The notes under the pieces: generated by a model
Databases searched by the model: none
Seen by the model: the letters and a program-made list of their open reading frames with translations, nothing else
What the model was told of the DNA's origin: nothing
In this document: positions 27,115-37,007 of the stretch, one piece after another
How positions within the stretch are numbered: position 1 is the first letter of the stretch
Layout: every line of letters begins with the position of its first letter
Source of the DNA: Terriglobia bacterium
GTDB lineage: Bacteria > Acidobacteriota > Terriglobia > 20CM-2-55-15
NCBI GenBank assembly: GCA_963664115.2
Contig: CAXWPJ010000002.1
Span: 896,001-960,000 of the forward strand
Length of the DNA: 64,000 nucleotides
Direction of reading: 5' to 3'
Made by a program: the position numbers and the translations under genes

Positions 27115-28098
27115 ATGGCAAAGAAAAGAGTTCTCAGCGGGATGCGGCCGACCGGGCGCTTGCATCTGGGGAACTACGTGGGGGCACTTGAAAACTGGGT
27201 GCGCCTCCAGGACGAATATGACAGCTTCTGTTTCGTTGCCGACTGGCACGCGCTCACCACCGACTACGAGAGCGGCGCGGACTTCCGCGAAAACGCGATC
27301 CAGGTGGTGATCGACTATCTCGCGGCCGGACTGGACCCGGAGCGAACGACAATCTTTCTTCAGTCCAGCGTGCCCGAACACGCCGAGCTGCACCTGCTCT
27401 TCTCGATGGTGACGCCTTTGGGATGGCTCGAACGGGTGCCCTCATACAAGGAACTGCAGGAAAATATCGATCACGACATCAACACCTACGGATTCCTGGG
27501 GTATCCCGTGCTTCAGTCGGCAGACATCCTGCTTTACAAAGCCGTCGCAGTACCGGTGGGAGAGGATCAGGTGGCCCATGTCGAACTGACGCGGGAAATT
27601 GCCCGCCGATTCAATCGGATCTTCACCAAGGTATTCCCGGAACCCAAGGCACTGTTGACCGCCACGCCAAAGCTGCCCGGAACGGACGGTCGAAAGATGA
27701 GCAAGAGTTACGGCAACACGATTGGGCTGGGCGACCCGCCCGAAGTCGTCAAAAAGTCGCTCCTGACGATGATGACGGACCCTGCGCGCAAGCGGCGGTC
27801 GGATGCTGGAAACCCGGAGCTCTGTCCCGTGTTCGACCTGCATAAGGTGTTTTCCGACGAAAAAATGCTGCAGGATGTGGACCAAGGTTGTCGCAGCGCA
27901 GGGATAGGCTGTGTGGAATGTAAGGGTTGGCTTTTTGAGAACTATCAAGAGAAACTCGGACCGATTTATGAACGTCGCGTCCATTACGAGGAGAACCCGC
28001 AGGAAGTCCTCGATGTTTTGGAACACGGGAGGGAGAGGGCGCAGTCGGTAGCGGGCGCAACCATGGCTGAAGTCCGGGACGCGATGAAGCTGAAGTAG
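27115..28098 (+). CDS. trpS: Tryptophanyl-tRNA synthetase
   Basis: SGMRPTGRLHLGNY, YPVLQSADIL, VPVGEDQ, KMSKS. Confidence 0.97.
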   Translation: MAKKRVLSGMRPTGRLHLGNYVGALENWVRLQDEYDSFCFVADWHALTTDYESGADFRENAIQVVIDYLAAGLDPERTTIFLQSSVPEHAELHLLFSMVTPLGWLERVPSYKELQENIDHDINTYGFLGYPVLQSADILLYKAVAVPVGEDQVAHVELTREIARRFNRIFTKVFPEPKALLTATPKLPGTDGRKMSKSYGNTIGLGDPPEVVKKSLLTMMTDPARKRRSDAGNPELCPVFDLHKVFSDEKMLQDVDQGCRSAGIGCVECKGWLFENYQEKLGPIYERRVHYEENPQEVLDVLEHGRERAQSVAGATMAEVRDAMKLK

Positions 28099-28100
28099 AG

Positions 28101-28176
28101 AGTCAGTAGTGAGTTAAAAGTTATTAATTAAGAATCATCCCTTGGGGAAGCATGCTCTTAACTTTCAACTGTTGAC
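28101..28176. repeat. Intergenic palindrome of 7-mer periodic units
   Basis: gagttaaaagttattaattaaga ... tcttaactttcaactgttgac. Confidence 0.55.
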
Positions 28177-28190
28177 ACCGAACGCCCCAA

Positions 28191-28940
28191 ATGGCGCAAG
28201 AATTAAAAATCACGCTCGATCTCTATGAAGGCCCCCTGGACCTCCTGCTGGACCTCATCCGCCGACAGAAACTCGATATCTACGACATCCCCATCGCCGA
28301 GGTGACCGCACAGTATCTGGACTACCTCCACCTGATGAAGGAAATGAATGTGGATGTCGCTTCCGAGTTTCTGCTCATCGCGGCGCAGTTGATCTACATA
28401 AAATCACGGTTGCTGCTGCCTCTCGACCCGGATGCGCTTCCGGAAGAAGAGGAAGATCCTCGGGCAGAACTGGTTCGAAGACTGCTCGAACACGAAAAAT
28501 TCAAGAATGCCGCGGAGATGCTATACCAGAGGGAGCTTGTCGAAAAATCCACATGGACGCGACCCGGCGGACTGGACATCAAAGGGAGCGAGCTCGAACC
28601 CCAGGTTACCGCGACACTTTTCGACATGCTGGCAGTTTTTCGCGATGTACTGAAGCGACATGAAGAACGACCGTCCATAGACATCAACCGGGAAGAGTTC
28701 ACGATCGAAGAGATGGCAACCCTGATCCTGGGGCAGCTCGACACCGCTCCCTCCGGTCTTCCATTTATGAACCTCATGGAAAGGTTTTCGACAAGAAAGG
28801 CACTGATAACGGCGTTTCTGGCACTCCTGGAGCTTGCCCGGATCCGTGCGATTAAAATCGGCCAGAAGGACGCATTCGGAGACATCCACCTCCGATCGAA
28901 CCCGAAGTATGAGCGATCCCAATCTTTCAGCCTTGCTTGA
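28191..28940 (+). CDS. scpA: Segregation and condensation protein A
   Basis: YEGPLDLLLDLI, IKSRLLLP, FLALLELAR. Confidence 0.95.
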   Translation: MAQELKITLDLYEGPLDLLLDLIRRQKLDIYDIPIAEVTAQYLDYLHLMKEMNVDVASEFLLIAAQLIYIKSRLLLPLDPDALPEEEEDPRAELVRRLLEHEKFKNAAEMLYQRELVEKSTWTRPGGLDIKGSELEPQVTATLFDMLAVFRDVLKRHEERPSIDINREEFTIEEMATLILGQLDTAPSGLPFMNLMERFSTRKALITAFLALLELARIRAIKIGQKDAFGDIHLRSNPKYERSQSFSLA

Positions 28941-29571
28941 GGCGATCATCTACCTCGCCGACGAGCCCGTTCGACCCGAACAAATTCAAAAGGCACTGCC
29001 GGAGGTAACGCGTCAGGCGCTGGGCGATGAACTCAAGGCTCTTCTGGAGCGATTTCAGGCCACGACCCACGGCATCGAGGTTCGCGAAGTGGCCGGCGGC
29101 TATCGCTTCTCAACGAAGCCGGAACACCACGAAGTCCTGAAGAAGTTCGCCCGAAGCCTGGTCCCCCCGACCCGGCTTTCCATGGCTGCGCTGGAAACTC
29201 TGGCGGTGATTGCGTACAGACAACCCATTACGGTGCCTGAGATCCAGGAAGTGCGTGGTGTTCACGCCGCTGGTGTGATCAAAACTTTACTGGACCGAAA
29301 ACTGGTGACCGCAGCCGGACGTAAGGACGTGGTCGGCCGCCCCATTCTGTACAAGACCTCGCGCAATTTCCTGATCCACTTTGGTCTCAACAACCTCGAC
29401 GACCTGCCCAGCATGGAAGAGTTCGAAGAGCTGATCAAATCCGAGCACTCCGCGGAGCAAGCTGAACTTCCCCTCGACTCTGAAATGCCTGAGGACACTG
29501 CGGAAACTGAGGCAAGCGAGTTGTCCGAATCGTCCGAGGGTGAAGATGCCACAGAAGATGCCGCCGGCTGA
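28909..29571 (+). CDS. scpB: Segregation and condensation protein B
   Basis: LEAIIY, LSMAALETLAVIAYRQP, GRPILYKTS..FL..FGL..L.DLP; start moved to ATG 28909. Confidence 0.95.
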   Translation: MSDPNLSALLEAIIYLADEPVRPEQIQKALPEVTRQALGDELKALLERFQATTHGIEVREVAGGYRFSTKPEHHEVLKKFARSLVPPTRLSMAALETLAVIAYRQPITVPEIQEVRGVHAAGVIKTLLDRKLVTAAGRKDVVGRPILYKTSRNFLIHFGLNNLDDLPSMEEFEELIKSEHSAEQAELPLDSEMPEDTAETEASELSESSEGEDATEDAAG

Positions 29572-29629
29572 GCGGTCGGGTCCCTGCCGTGCGTTTCCTT
29601 AAAGTAGTCCATCCGCTAAAATAAATACG

Positions 29630-30424
29630 ATGCCGGATCGATTACAGAAAATTCTGGCCCATGCGGGTGTGGCGTCCCGCCGCAATGCCGAAAAGATGAT
29701 CCTGGAGGGACGGGTTCGGGTCAACGGGAAGATTGTAAGTGAGATGGGTGTTCAGGCCGATCCCGTGATCGACGTGATTACCCTGGATGGCAAGCGCTTG
29801 CGCCGACCCGGCTTACCCCTCTACATTCTCCTTCACAAGCCCAAGGGTGTCCTCTCGACACGCAATGATACCCGCGGCAGGCGCACCGTCATCGACCTGA
29901 TCGATGCCCGTCTGCGCAATAAGGTCTATCCGGTAGGCCGCCTCGACTACGCCTCGGAAGGTCTTCTGATTCTGACCAACGACGGAGAGTTCACTCACTT
30001 CATGACCCGTGCGGGGGGCGCCGAAAAGGTATACCGTGTGAAAGTTTCCGGAACTCCGACAGAATCAGCACTCGACCGTCTCAGGAAGGGGATCCGCCTG
30101 ACAGACACACGCACCGCACCATGTGACATCCGGATTTTTCGGATCGGGGCCAACACCTGGTATGAAATCACCCTCCTTCAAGGACGGAACCGGCAAATTC
30201 GGAGGATGTTCGAAGCCATCGGTCACTCCGTCCTGAAATTACGGCGGACGCGCATCGGTTTCCTTGAGGACAGTAAGCTTGAATCCGGTGTATGGCGCCA
30301 CTTGACCCAGAGTGAGGTGGATAAGTTTTATCGTCGATATGGAGACAAGCCCGCCGCACGGAAGCCGGCGGCCCGGTTGGTGCGGAAAACTCGGCGCAAG
30401 ACAGCAGTGGGGAAGCGATCGTGA
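29630..30424 (+). CDS. rluB: RsuA/RluB-family pseudouridine synthase with S4 domain
   Basis: RLQKILAHAGVASRR, YPVGRLD, GRNRQIRRM; follows scpB. Confidence 0.88.
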   Translation: MPDRLQKILAHAGVASRRNAEKMILEGRVRVNGKIVSEMGVQADPVIDVITLDGKRLRRPGLPLYILLHKPKGVLSTRNDTRGRRTVIDLIDARLRNKVYPVGRLDYASEGLLILTNDGEFTHFMTRAGGAEKVYRVKVSGTPTESALDRLRKGIRLTDTRTAPCDIRIFRIGANTWYEITLLQGRNRQIRRMFEAIGHSVLKLRRTRIGFLEDSKLESGVWRHLTQSEVDKFYRRYGDKPAARKPAARLVRKTRRKTAVGKRS

Positions 30425-30813
30425 CCCCACAAGAGATACTCGCGGCCTATCGCACGATTGCTGTCATCGGGCTTTCGTCACGCGAAGCAAGGCCCAGTTA
30501 CGGTGTCAGCCGGTATATGCAGGCAAACGGGTACCGCATCATCCCGGTCAACCCCAACGAGCGGGAGGTACTGGGAGAGAAGTCCTATGCTCACTTGAGC
30601 GAAATTCCTGAGGCCGTGGAAATCGTCAATGTATTCCGGCGGTCGGAATTCGTGGGGGAGATCGTCGAATCGGCGATCCAAAACGGCGCCCGATGCATCT
30701 GGATGCAGGAGGGTGTCAGCGATGAGTCCGCGGCCGCGCGGGCCAGGGAGGCCGGGTTGGCCGTTGTCATGAATCGATGCATCCTCAAGGAACACATAGA
30801 ATTTAATGAGTAA
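30421..30813 (+). CDS. CoA-binding protein (YccU-like)
   Basis: IAVIGLS, YRIIPVNP, VNVFRRS, WMQEG, VVMNRC. Confidence 0.9.
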   Translation: MTPQEILAAYRTIAVIGLSSREARPSYGVSRYMQANGYRIIPVNPNEREVLGEKSYAHLSEIPEAVEIVNVFRRSEFVGEIVESAIQNGARCIWMQEGVSDESAAARAREAGLAVVMNRCILKEHIEFNE

Positions 30814-30822
30814 ACTATAGAT

Positions 30823-32133
30823 CTATATTGATTTATCTATTTTATTAGCGCGGCGCCGAAACGCTTCAAGCCGCCGGACAAGCTCGGATTCCGCCCCCAC
30901 CTTCCTGCCGCGATAGTAACGGTGCGCTCTCAGGTTCTCAGGCAGACATTCCATGTCCGCCACCCCCTCCTCGGTATCGTGCGCATAGCGGTAGCCTTCG
31001 CCATAGCGGAGATTCTTCATCAAACGCGTTGGGGCGTTCCTCAAATGAAGCGGCACGGGCTCGGCGCGGCTGTTGCGAACCGCTTCCATGGCCCCAGCGT
31101 ATGCGGTGTATACCGAATTTGACTTCGGAGCTGCTGCCAGATAGATCACACATTCCGCCAACGCCAACCCGCCTTCCGGCATTCCAAGAAAATGGATCGA
31201 ATCCTTCGCGTCCAGGGCAAGTCCCAGGGCATGCGGATCAGCCAGACCGACGTCTTCGGAGGCGAATCGAACCAGACGCCGCGCCACATAGAGAGGATCC
31301 TCACCGGCTTCCAGCATCCGCGCAAGCCAGTACAGGCCAGCGTCGGCATCTGAGTTCCGAATGGATTTGTGCAGAGCGGAAATGATGTTGTAGTGCTCCT
31401 CACCCCCTTTGTCGTAGCGAAGCACTTTCCTCTGTGCCACCTCCTGAATCACGTCTCTGGAAATCTCAACCCCAGACGCGACAGACTGCGCAGCCATCTC
31501 AAGTATGTTGCACGCCGCACGGGCGTCGCCATTGGACAGGCCGACGATCGCGGATACCGCATCGGGGGCGATCAACAGATCGCAAAGCCTTACAGCACGT
31601 TGGATCAGTGCGGCGATTTGCTCGTCCTTGAGGGCTTCCAGAACAAAAACACGTACGCGGGAAAGCAGGGCGGCGATCACTTCGAATGAAGGGTTTTCCG
31701 TCGTTGCCCCGATCAGGGTGATGCTCCCTTTCTCGACATAGGGCAGGAAGGCATCCTGCTGGGCTTTGTTGAAACGGTGAATCTCGTCAACAAACAGAGT
31801 GGTCTGACGCCCACGTTTATGGGCAGCCTCGGCCGCTGCCATGATCTCGCGGATTTCCTTTATTCCGGACAGTACAGCGCTGAAACTCAAAAATGCCGAT
31901 TGCGTTCGATGCGCAACGATCCGGGCGAGCGATGTCTTGCCGACACCGGGAGGACCCCACAGTATCATCGAGGGAGTTTCATCGCGCTCTATGGCAGCTC
32001 TGAGCGCTTTTCCGGGTCCGAGCAGATGTTCCTGGCCCACGAATTCCGCCAGAGTTCGGGGACGCATCCGCTCAGCCAGGGGCACACGTTCGGTTTCCGG
32101 AGCGGCGTGGGGGTCTTCGAACAGGGAGTCCAT
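30823..32133 (-). CDS. rarA: Replication-associated recombination protein A (AAA+ ATPase)
   Basis: PLAERMRP, WGPPGVGKT, DEIHRFNKAQQD, ISALHKSIR. Confidence 0.96.
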   Translation of the reverse strand: MDSLFEDPHAAPETERVPLAERMRPRTLAEFVGQEHLLGPGKALRAAIERDETPSMILWGPPGVGKTSLARIVAHRTQSAFLSFSAVLSGIKEIREIMAAAEAAHKRGRQTTLFVDEIHRFNKAQQDAFLPYVEKGSITLIGATTENPSFEVIAALLSRVRVFVLEALKDEQIAALIQRAVRLCDLLIAPDAVSAIVGLSNGDARAACNILEMAAQSVASGVEISRDVIQEVAQRKVLRYDKGGEEHYNIISALHKSIRNSDADAGLYWLARMLEAGEDPLYVARRLVRFASEDVGLADPHALGLALDAKDSIHFLGMPEGGLALAECVIYLAAAPKSNSVYTAYAGAMEAVRNSRAEPVPLHLRNAPTRLMKNLRYGEGYRYAHDTEEGVADMECLPENLRAHRYYRGRKVGAESELVRRLEAFRRRANKIDKSI

Positions 32134-32136
32134 GAA

Positions 32137-32916
32137 TCAGTTGTCCTCAAAGCCGCGGCAGCGTGCGGCCTCGTATAGGACGATGCCCGCCGCGGTGGCG
32201 GCGTTGAGTGAACCTACGGCCCCGGCATGCGGAATCCGAACGATGCTGTCGCAGGCCGAGAGTTCTTCCATGCTCAAACCCGCACCTTCGTTGCCCAATA
32301 GTATCGCAGTAGGCCGGCGCCAGTCCTCGTCCGCAATCGAACGATCGGACGCCGCAGTCGTACCGACGATGCGGGCACCGCTGGATTTGATTTGATCGAT
32401 GGCCCTTTGGAAATCGACACCCCACATATGCGGCAAACGGAACAGACTTCCGGCGCTTGCCCGAACCACCTTGTCGTTATACTGGCTGGCCGTACCTCCG
32501 GTCGCGATGCAGCCGCTCGCCTGAAACGCTTCTGCAATCCGCAGGATGTTACCCACGTTTCCGGGATCCTGAATGCCGCACAATACAATGAGCAGAACCC
32601 GAGGCCCGCCAAGCATCGTTTCGAGTGAGAATGTCGGGGGGCGTACCAGTGCGATCACACCCTGGGGTTCTCGGGTCGCACCCAGGGATCGAAATACGGG
32701 AGGGGCGACCGTATAACTTCGGGCGGCCTGAAGATCGCAGACTTCGCCTTCCCGAACGAAAAGTTCCTGCACCTCCACTCCGCTCGTGGACACCTCATCC
32801 AGTAGACGCGGACCTTCGATGGGGAGCAATCCATCCTCGGTCAGCCCGCCTTCTCGAAAGGCCCGGCGAATCTGGGCGAGTCTTGGATTGTGCTTACCAA
32901 TCGGTTCCCGGCTCAT
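32137..32916 (-). CDS. TrmH/SpoU-family RNA methyltransferase
   Basis: QDPGNVGNILR, LLGNEGAG, SLNAATAA. Confidence 0.92.
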   Translation of the reverse strand: MSREPIGKHNPRLAQIRRAFREGGLTEDGLLPIEGPRLLDEVSTSGVEVQELFVREGEVCDLQAARSYTVAPPVFRSLGATREPQGVIALVRPPTFSLETMLGGPRVLLIVLCGIQDPGNVGNILRIAEAFQASGCIATGGTASQYNDKVVRASAGSLFRLPHMWGVDFQRAIDQIKSSGARIVGTTAASDRSIADEDWRRPTAILLGNEGAGLSMEELSACDSIVRIPHAGAVGSLNAATAAGIVLYEAARCRGFEDN

Positions 32917-32950
32917 GACAGTCGTATTATGGCAGGGCCGGTGCGATTAT

Positions 32951-33012
32951 GAGTTATAAGAGTTAAGAGTCAGAGTTGAGAGCCATTAATTTTCAGCTCA
33001 TAACTGTTTACT
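32951..33012. repeat. Intergenic palindrome of 7-mer periodic units
   Basis: agttaag-agtcag-agttgag ... tttcagct-cataact-gtttact. Confidence 0.6.
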
Positions 33013-33019
33013 TCCTGAA

Positions 33020-33667
33020 ATGACACGCGAAATCAGCGCGGATCAGCTAGACCCTACCACTCTGGCCGATATCGCACACACGCTTGAAACGGGAGGCGTC
33101 CTCTGCTTTCCAACGGATTCGGTCTACGGGCTTGCGGTGAATCCTGCGAATTCAGAGGCAGTGGAGCGGCTTTTCACGCTCAAGGGCCGTAGCAGGGCGA
33201 AACCCTTACTCCTGCTCCTGGACTCAATCGAAATGGCACGGACGGTCTCTCTGCCCAATCCCGTTTTCGAAGACCTGGCGGCCGCTTTCTGGCCGGGTCC
33301 GCTCACGCTTGTAACCGGCGCCCAGGACCATCTGCCCGACGGCGTCACCGCCGGTACCGGAACGATCGGAGTGCGTTGGCCTGCCTCTTCCGTAGCGCAG
33401 CAGCTGATCGAGACTTTCGGTTCACCTGTGACCGGCACGAGTGCGAACCGCAGTGGACAAGCGGACATTCGATCGGCTCGTGAGGCGCTCGAGCAGTTGG
33501 GCGAAGGAATCGATGTTGTCATCGACGGAGGCAAATTAAAAGCTTCGCCGGCCTCTACGGTCCTGGACCTGAGCGGAGATCAGCCCGTCCTCCTGAGAGA
33601 AGGCCCCATCAGCTATCAAACGCTTGTCCGGTTTTTCGATGGCCGCCTTCAGAGGCAAAGCTCATGA
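33020..33667 (+). CDS. tsaC: L-threonylcarbamoyladenylate synthase (Sua5/YrdC)
   Basis: FPTDSVYGL, KGR...KPL, FWPGPLT, TSANRSG. Confidence 0.93.
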   Translation: MTREISADQLDPTTLADIAHTLETGGVLCFPTDSVYGLAVNPANSEAVERLFTLKGRSRAKPLLLLLDSIEMARTVSLPNPVFEDLAAAFWPGPLTLVTGAQDHLPDGVTAGTGTIGVRWPASSVAQQLIETFGSPVTGTSANRSGQADIRSAREALEQLGEGIDVVIDGGKLKASPASTVLDLSGDQPVLLREGPISYQTLVRFFDGRLQRQSS

Positions 33668-34278
33668 AGAGCGCGCGCCTGGGCCGGATCGTGCTTGTCG
33701 TGGGAGGCACCCTCTTTTTCATCGCTGCCTACACAGCACTCACTTATTTACAGGTCCGGGGGGTTGCATCGACCGACGAAGCGGGTCCGGCCGACGCAAT
33801 CGTCGTACTTGGCGCAGCACAATACAATGGACGACCATCCCCAGTATTTCGGGCTCGACTCGACCACGCCCTGAAGCTGTTTGAAGAAGGCCATGCCAAC
33901 GTAATCGTCACCACTGGAAGTTTCGGACCCGATCCGAACTTTTCCGAAGCCCACGTCGCGACAGAATATTTATCGGAATCCGGCGTCGATCCGTCCCAGA
34001 TCATCACCGAGCAGGGAAGCGGCACGACATATGACACCGTTCTTGCGGTGGTTCGTTTAATGCAATCCAATGGATGGAGAACAGCTCTTATCGTCAGTGA
34101 CGGTTTCCATCTGCACCGTGTCAGCGAGATCTTCGAAGACAACGGGGTCGGGACGCGGGTGTCACCGGCACCGGACAGCCTGATTGAAACGTCGCGCTCC
34201 AGCCGGGCATGGTACAGCCTTCGAGAAGTGCTTTTGATTACCGCCTATCGTGTGGGGAAATTCGTCGGCGCCAATTGA
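33664..34278 (+). CDS. YdcF/DUF218-family protein
   Basis: N-terminal TM; DAIVVLGAA, ARLDHA, TGS, VSDGFHLHR. Confidence 0.88.
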   Translation: MKSARLGRIVLVVGGTLFFIAAYTALTYLQVRGVASTDEAGPADAIVVLGAAQYNGRPSPVFRARLDHALKLFEEGHANVIVTTGSFGPDPNFSEAHVATEYLSESGVDPSQIITEQGSGTTYDTVLAVVRLMQSNGWRTALIVSDGFHLHRVSEIFEDNGVGTRVSPAPDSLIETSRSSRAWYSLREVLLITAYRVGKFVGAN

Positions 34279-34409
34279 CGGTGGCGGCAACCGAGACAGC
34301 TACGTGTCCGAAGTGTACGGGGAAGGTTATCGTTTACAGCCTGGGGCCATCCAGGTTGAAGACTCGCAGATGCTTGTTCTCCGAATCGCTCACACCCTCA
34401 AAGCCGCGT

Positions 34410-35261
34410 TTACTCGCCGGGCCCCAGGGCTCCAGGATTTCGAAACCCTTCGTTGTATGTATCCACCTCGTCCATCGGAGCGCAGATGGATTCTGTCACT
34501 CCGGAGAACAACCCAGGCCATCCATAGAAGGTATAGTTTTCGGGCGACTCACGGTGGAAGGTTTTAGGCGCTCCGGGCCAGGGGGCCGTGTAGTTCAGCG
34601 GATCATAAAGCGTCAATTCCAACTCGATCGCATCGGAGTCGACGCGTCTGTAGCGCTCTTCGATCCGTCCGTACAGACTGCGTGGATGACCCGGCCGGTC
34701 CAGCCAGGCCCTCTCATCCACGCCAACGGTGTTCACGACAAGCGTGTCTCCCTCCCAACGGCCGACGGAATGTCCATACCAGGCTGGACCAAGGTTGTCG
34801 AGGTTCTCGCCTGATGGCAACTCCCGGCCGTCCAGCCAGATGTATCGTATTCGGTGCTCCCACTGGAAGACCTGCAACATCCTGTCGGGAAACATGAGGA
34901 ATTCTACTTGCTCACCATTTTTGAGGATCTTAGGAAAACCCAATGGATTGCACTGGTATTCGGGGCTATTGGATTCATGCGGGTAGGAAACATCCGGTGA
35001 CAGAGGATGACTTCGGGCCGCCGTGCCAGGCACTGGAATACGGTTCCGTACGATCTCCATGGCACGTGGAGTCAGTTGGGGCCGGGTATCCGGGCCAAAA
35101 CTCGCAAATTCGCTGACTGAGTCGTCTAAAAGGTAAATCCCCGAGAAATCTCGCCGGTCGAAGTCGCCTGACGCCGGCTCCTGGCCGGACACGTCGGACA
35201 GTAACCCGAACGAAAGAACCAGGGCCGACACCATGACGCAGTTTAGGAGACGACTCATCAT
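34410..35261 (-). CDS. Exported hypothetical protein (GxSxGRWEGDTLVV family)
   Basis: Signal peptide; DFSGIY; YGHSVGRWEGDTLVVNT; paralogue of 21680-22441. Confidence 0.8.
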   Translation of the reverse strand: MMSRLLNCVMVSALVLSFGLLSDVSGQEPASGDFDRRDFSGIYLLDDSVSEFASFGPDTRPQLTPRAMEIVRNRIPVPGTAARSHPLSPDVSYPHESNSPEYQCNPLGFPKILKNGEQVEFLMFPDRMLQVFQWEHRIRYIWLDGRELPSGENLDNLGPAWYGHSVGRWEGDTLVVNTVGVDERAWLDRPGHPRSLYGRIEERYRRVDSDAIELELTLYDPLNYTAPWPGAPKTFHRESPENYTFYGWPGLFSGVTESICAPMDEVDTYNEGFRNPGALGPGE

Positions 35262-35347
35262 ATTTTTTAAATCTCCTGTACGGTTCTGGCCGTGACCGCA
35301 AAACGTGGCTTCATAACGATCGGGACCCGAATCGCCGTGTGTCTCGG

Positions 35348-35749
35348 CTAATCTAAAGGATTTCCACCGCGACGTCGCGACATGATGATGGAGCCATCTT
35401 CTAGAATAACTTCCACCACAACAGCCGTGGGTGCGCCCGCAGCGGAAGGATTCACTACAACGGTGATTTCCTGGCCAACCTTCAGCGTATTCCGACCATA
35501 GCCCAGACGGGCCAACCGGGCGACTCCGGCGTTCTCAAAACCCCAGGTGACGACATTGCCATCCTCGTCTTCCGCCTCTATATAAATCACGACGTGAGGA
35601 TTGCGCCAGGACACTTCGGACACTGTGCCCTTCAGTGTCAGTTCGGTCTCCATGTCATAGGTGTTCCCACGGCCGTGATGTGCCTCCAGCGGCCCCACGA
35701 CAACTGCCAGGGCCAGAATGCCCATCAAAAATGCCGCAGATTTCGCCAT
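35348..35749 (-). CDS. DUF6152-like exported protein
   Basis: Signal peptide ending LEA-HH; LKGTVSEVSWRNPH; W..E; LKVGQEITV. Confidence 0.75.
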   Translation of the reverse strand: MAKSAAFLMGILALAVVVGPLEAHHGRGNTYDMETELTLKGTVSEVSWRNPHVVIYIEAEDEDGNVVTWGFENAGVARLARLGYGRNTLKVGQEITVVVNPSAAGAPTAVVVEVILEDGSIIMSRRRGGNPLD

Positions 35750-35922
35750 CGAAACTCCCCTTGATCGTGAAGTCCTTAAAGTAATGTGAGCAGCTCTCGG
35801 TTGCGCAGCCACTCCTAAAGACGACTGTTCCTAGATTATTCAGGTAATCTTACTATCACGCGAAGACGAGACTTACGTTTTTATTACGACGCCGACGCAA
35901 CTTGCAACTTTCTCAATCCGTT

Positions 35923-36160
35923 GAAGAGAAGCCCCCCAACGCGAGTATCCAACGACAAACAATTTGCCGTTTGGTCGGTCTGTATCTGAGTTGTCTTATC
36001 CTGCTAAGACACGTTCAGTGATTGGGACCTGCATGCCCAAGCATCGGCATCAGGAGTGGATTCGGTTTCTCAATACAATCAAACGCTCCGTGCCCAAAGA
36101 CAAGCAGATCCATATCATCTGCGACAACTATGCGACGCACAAACACCAGAAAGCCGTCGC
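35923..36160 (+). pseudogene. IS630-family transposase relic with multiple internal deletions
   Basis: Five colinear blocks match the transposase at 39871-40956; last block VIGTCMPKHRHQEWIRFL...ICDNYATHKHQK. Confidence 0.85.
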
Positions 36161-36442
36161 TGTCTACCGCTGAAAATGACTCTCAAGTCCTGAACAATCC
36201 TGCCGGATCAACCGGTCGATCGAACACTTGCGTTTAGTGTCTCTGTCGAAGTTGCGAACTCCAGCATCTCACGGGTTCGTCCAGAATCTCTTTCGACTGG
36301 GCAGGCGCCGGCCACGGACTGGTCATCAGCGGATGCTACGAGCGCAGTGTCTCGTCGTATGGGCGGCGGTGACCGCAGCCTGATACTGACAGTCGCCGGC
36401 ATTTTGCGTACGCCGGTTAACTTTACAGCGCCTGACGAGGGT

Positions 36443-37007
36443 CTAGTAGGGGTAGCCTTCAAACCTTGGCATTCCAGGCTTCCAATCCGGTAGGGGCTCC
36501 CATGCATCGCGGTTTGGCATCTTCACCCGCGGCAGACTCTGGGCGTCCATTACCGCGTCCTCCGGGATGACACCGTTTATGTTGAGCAGAAAGGCCGTCA
36601 GCGCGTAGACCTCATCGGCGGTGAGTTCCCTCACTGTAGAGAGGCATGGCGCGATTGATGTAGTCCCATACCGTCGTCGCGTACGGCGCGCGGAACGGCA
36701 GTACTCGCCCCAAGTCCCAGGGGTCGACATCTGGCCCCCCTTCGGCTTTTACCAGAGTGGGAGCTTCGCCAATCCCCGTCGCTGTCGCCCCGTGGCATAT
36801 AAAGCACCCCTGACGCTGATAGACCAGCGCACCTTCCTCCGATGTTCCGCGCCCCGGCGGGAGTTCCTCTCCCGTAGGACTGATGGAGATATCCCAGGCA
36901 CGGATTTCCTCTTCGCTCGGAGTGCTTCCCACACCGTAGGTGGGCGACTGCGCCAGCGCGGAGCCCCCCAGCAGCAAGACAATCGGGAGAAGCCTAAGAG
37001 TACGCAT
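36443..37007 (-). pseudogene. Monoheme cytochrome c (SoxD/SorB-like) with a frameshift near 36625
   Basis: Signal peptide, CFICHG, WDYINRAMP; continues in another frame as LTADEVYALTAFLL...MPNRD. May be a sequencing indel. Confidence 0.8.
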
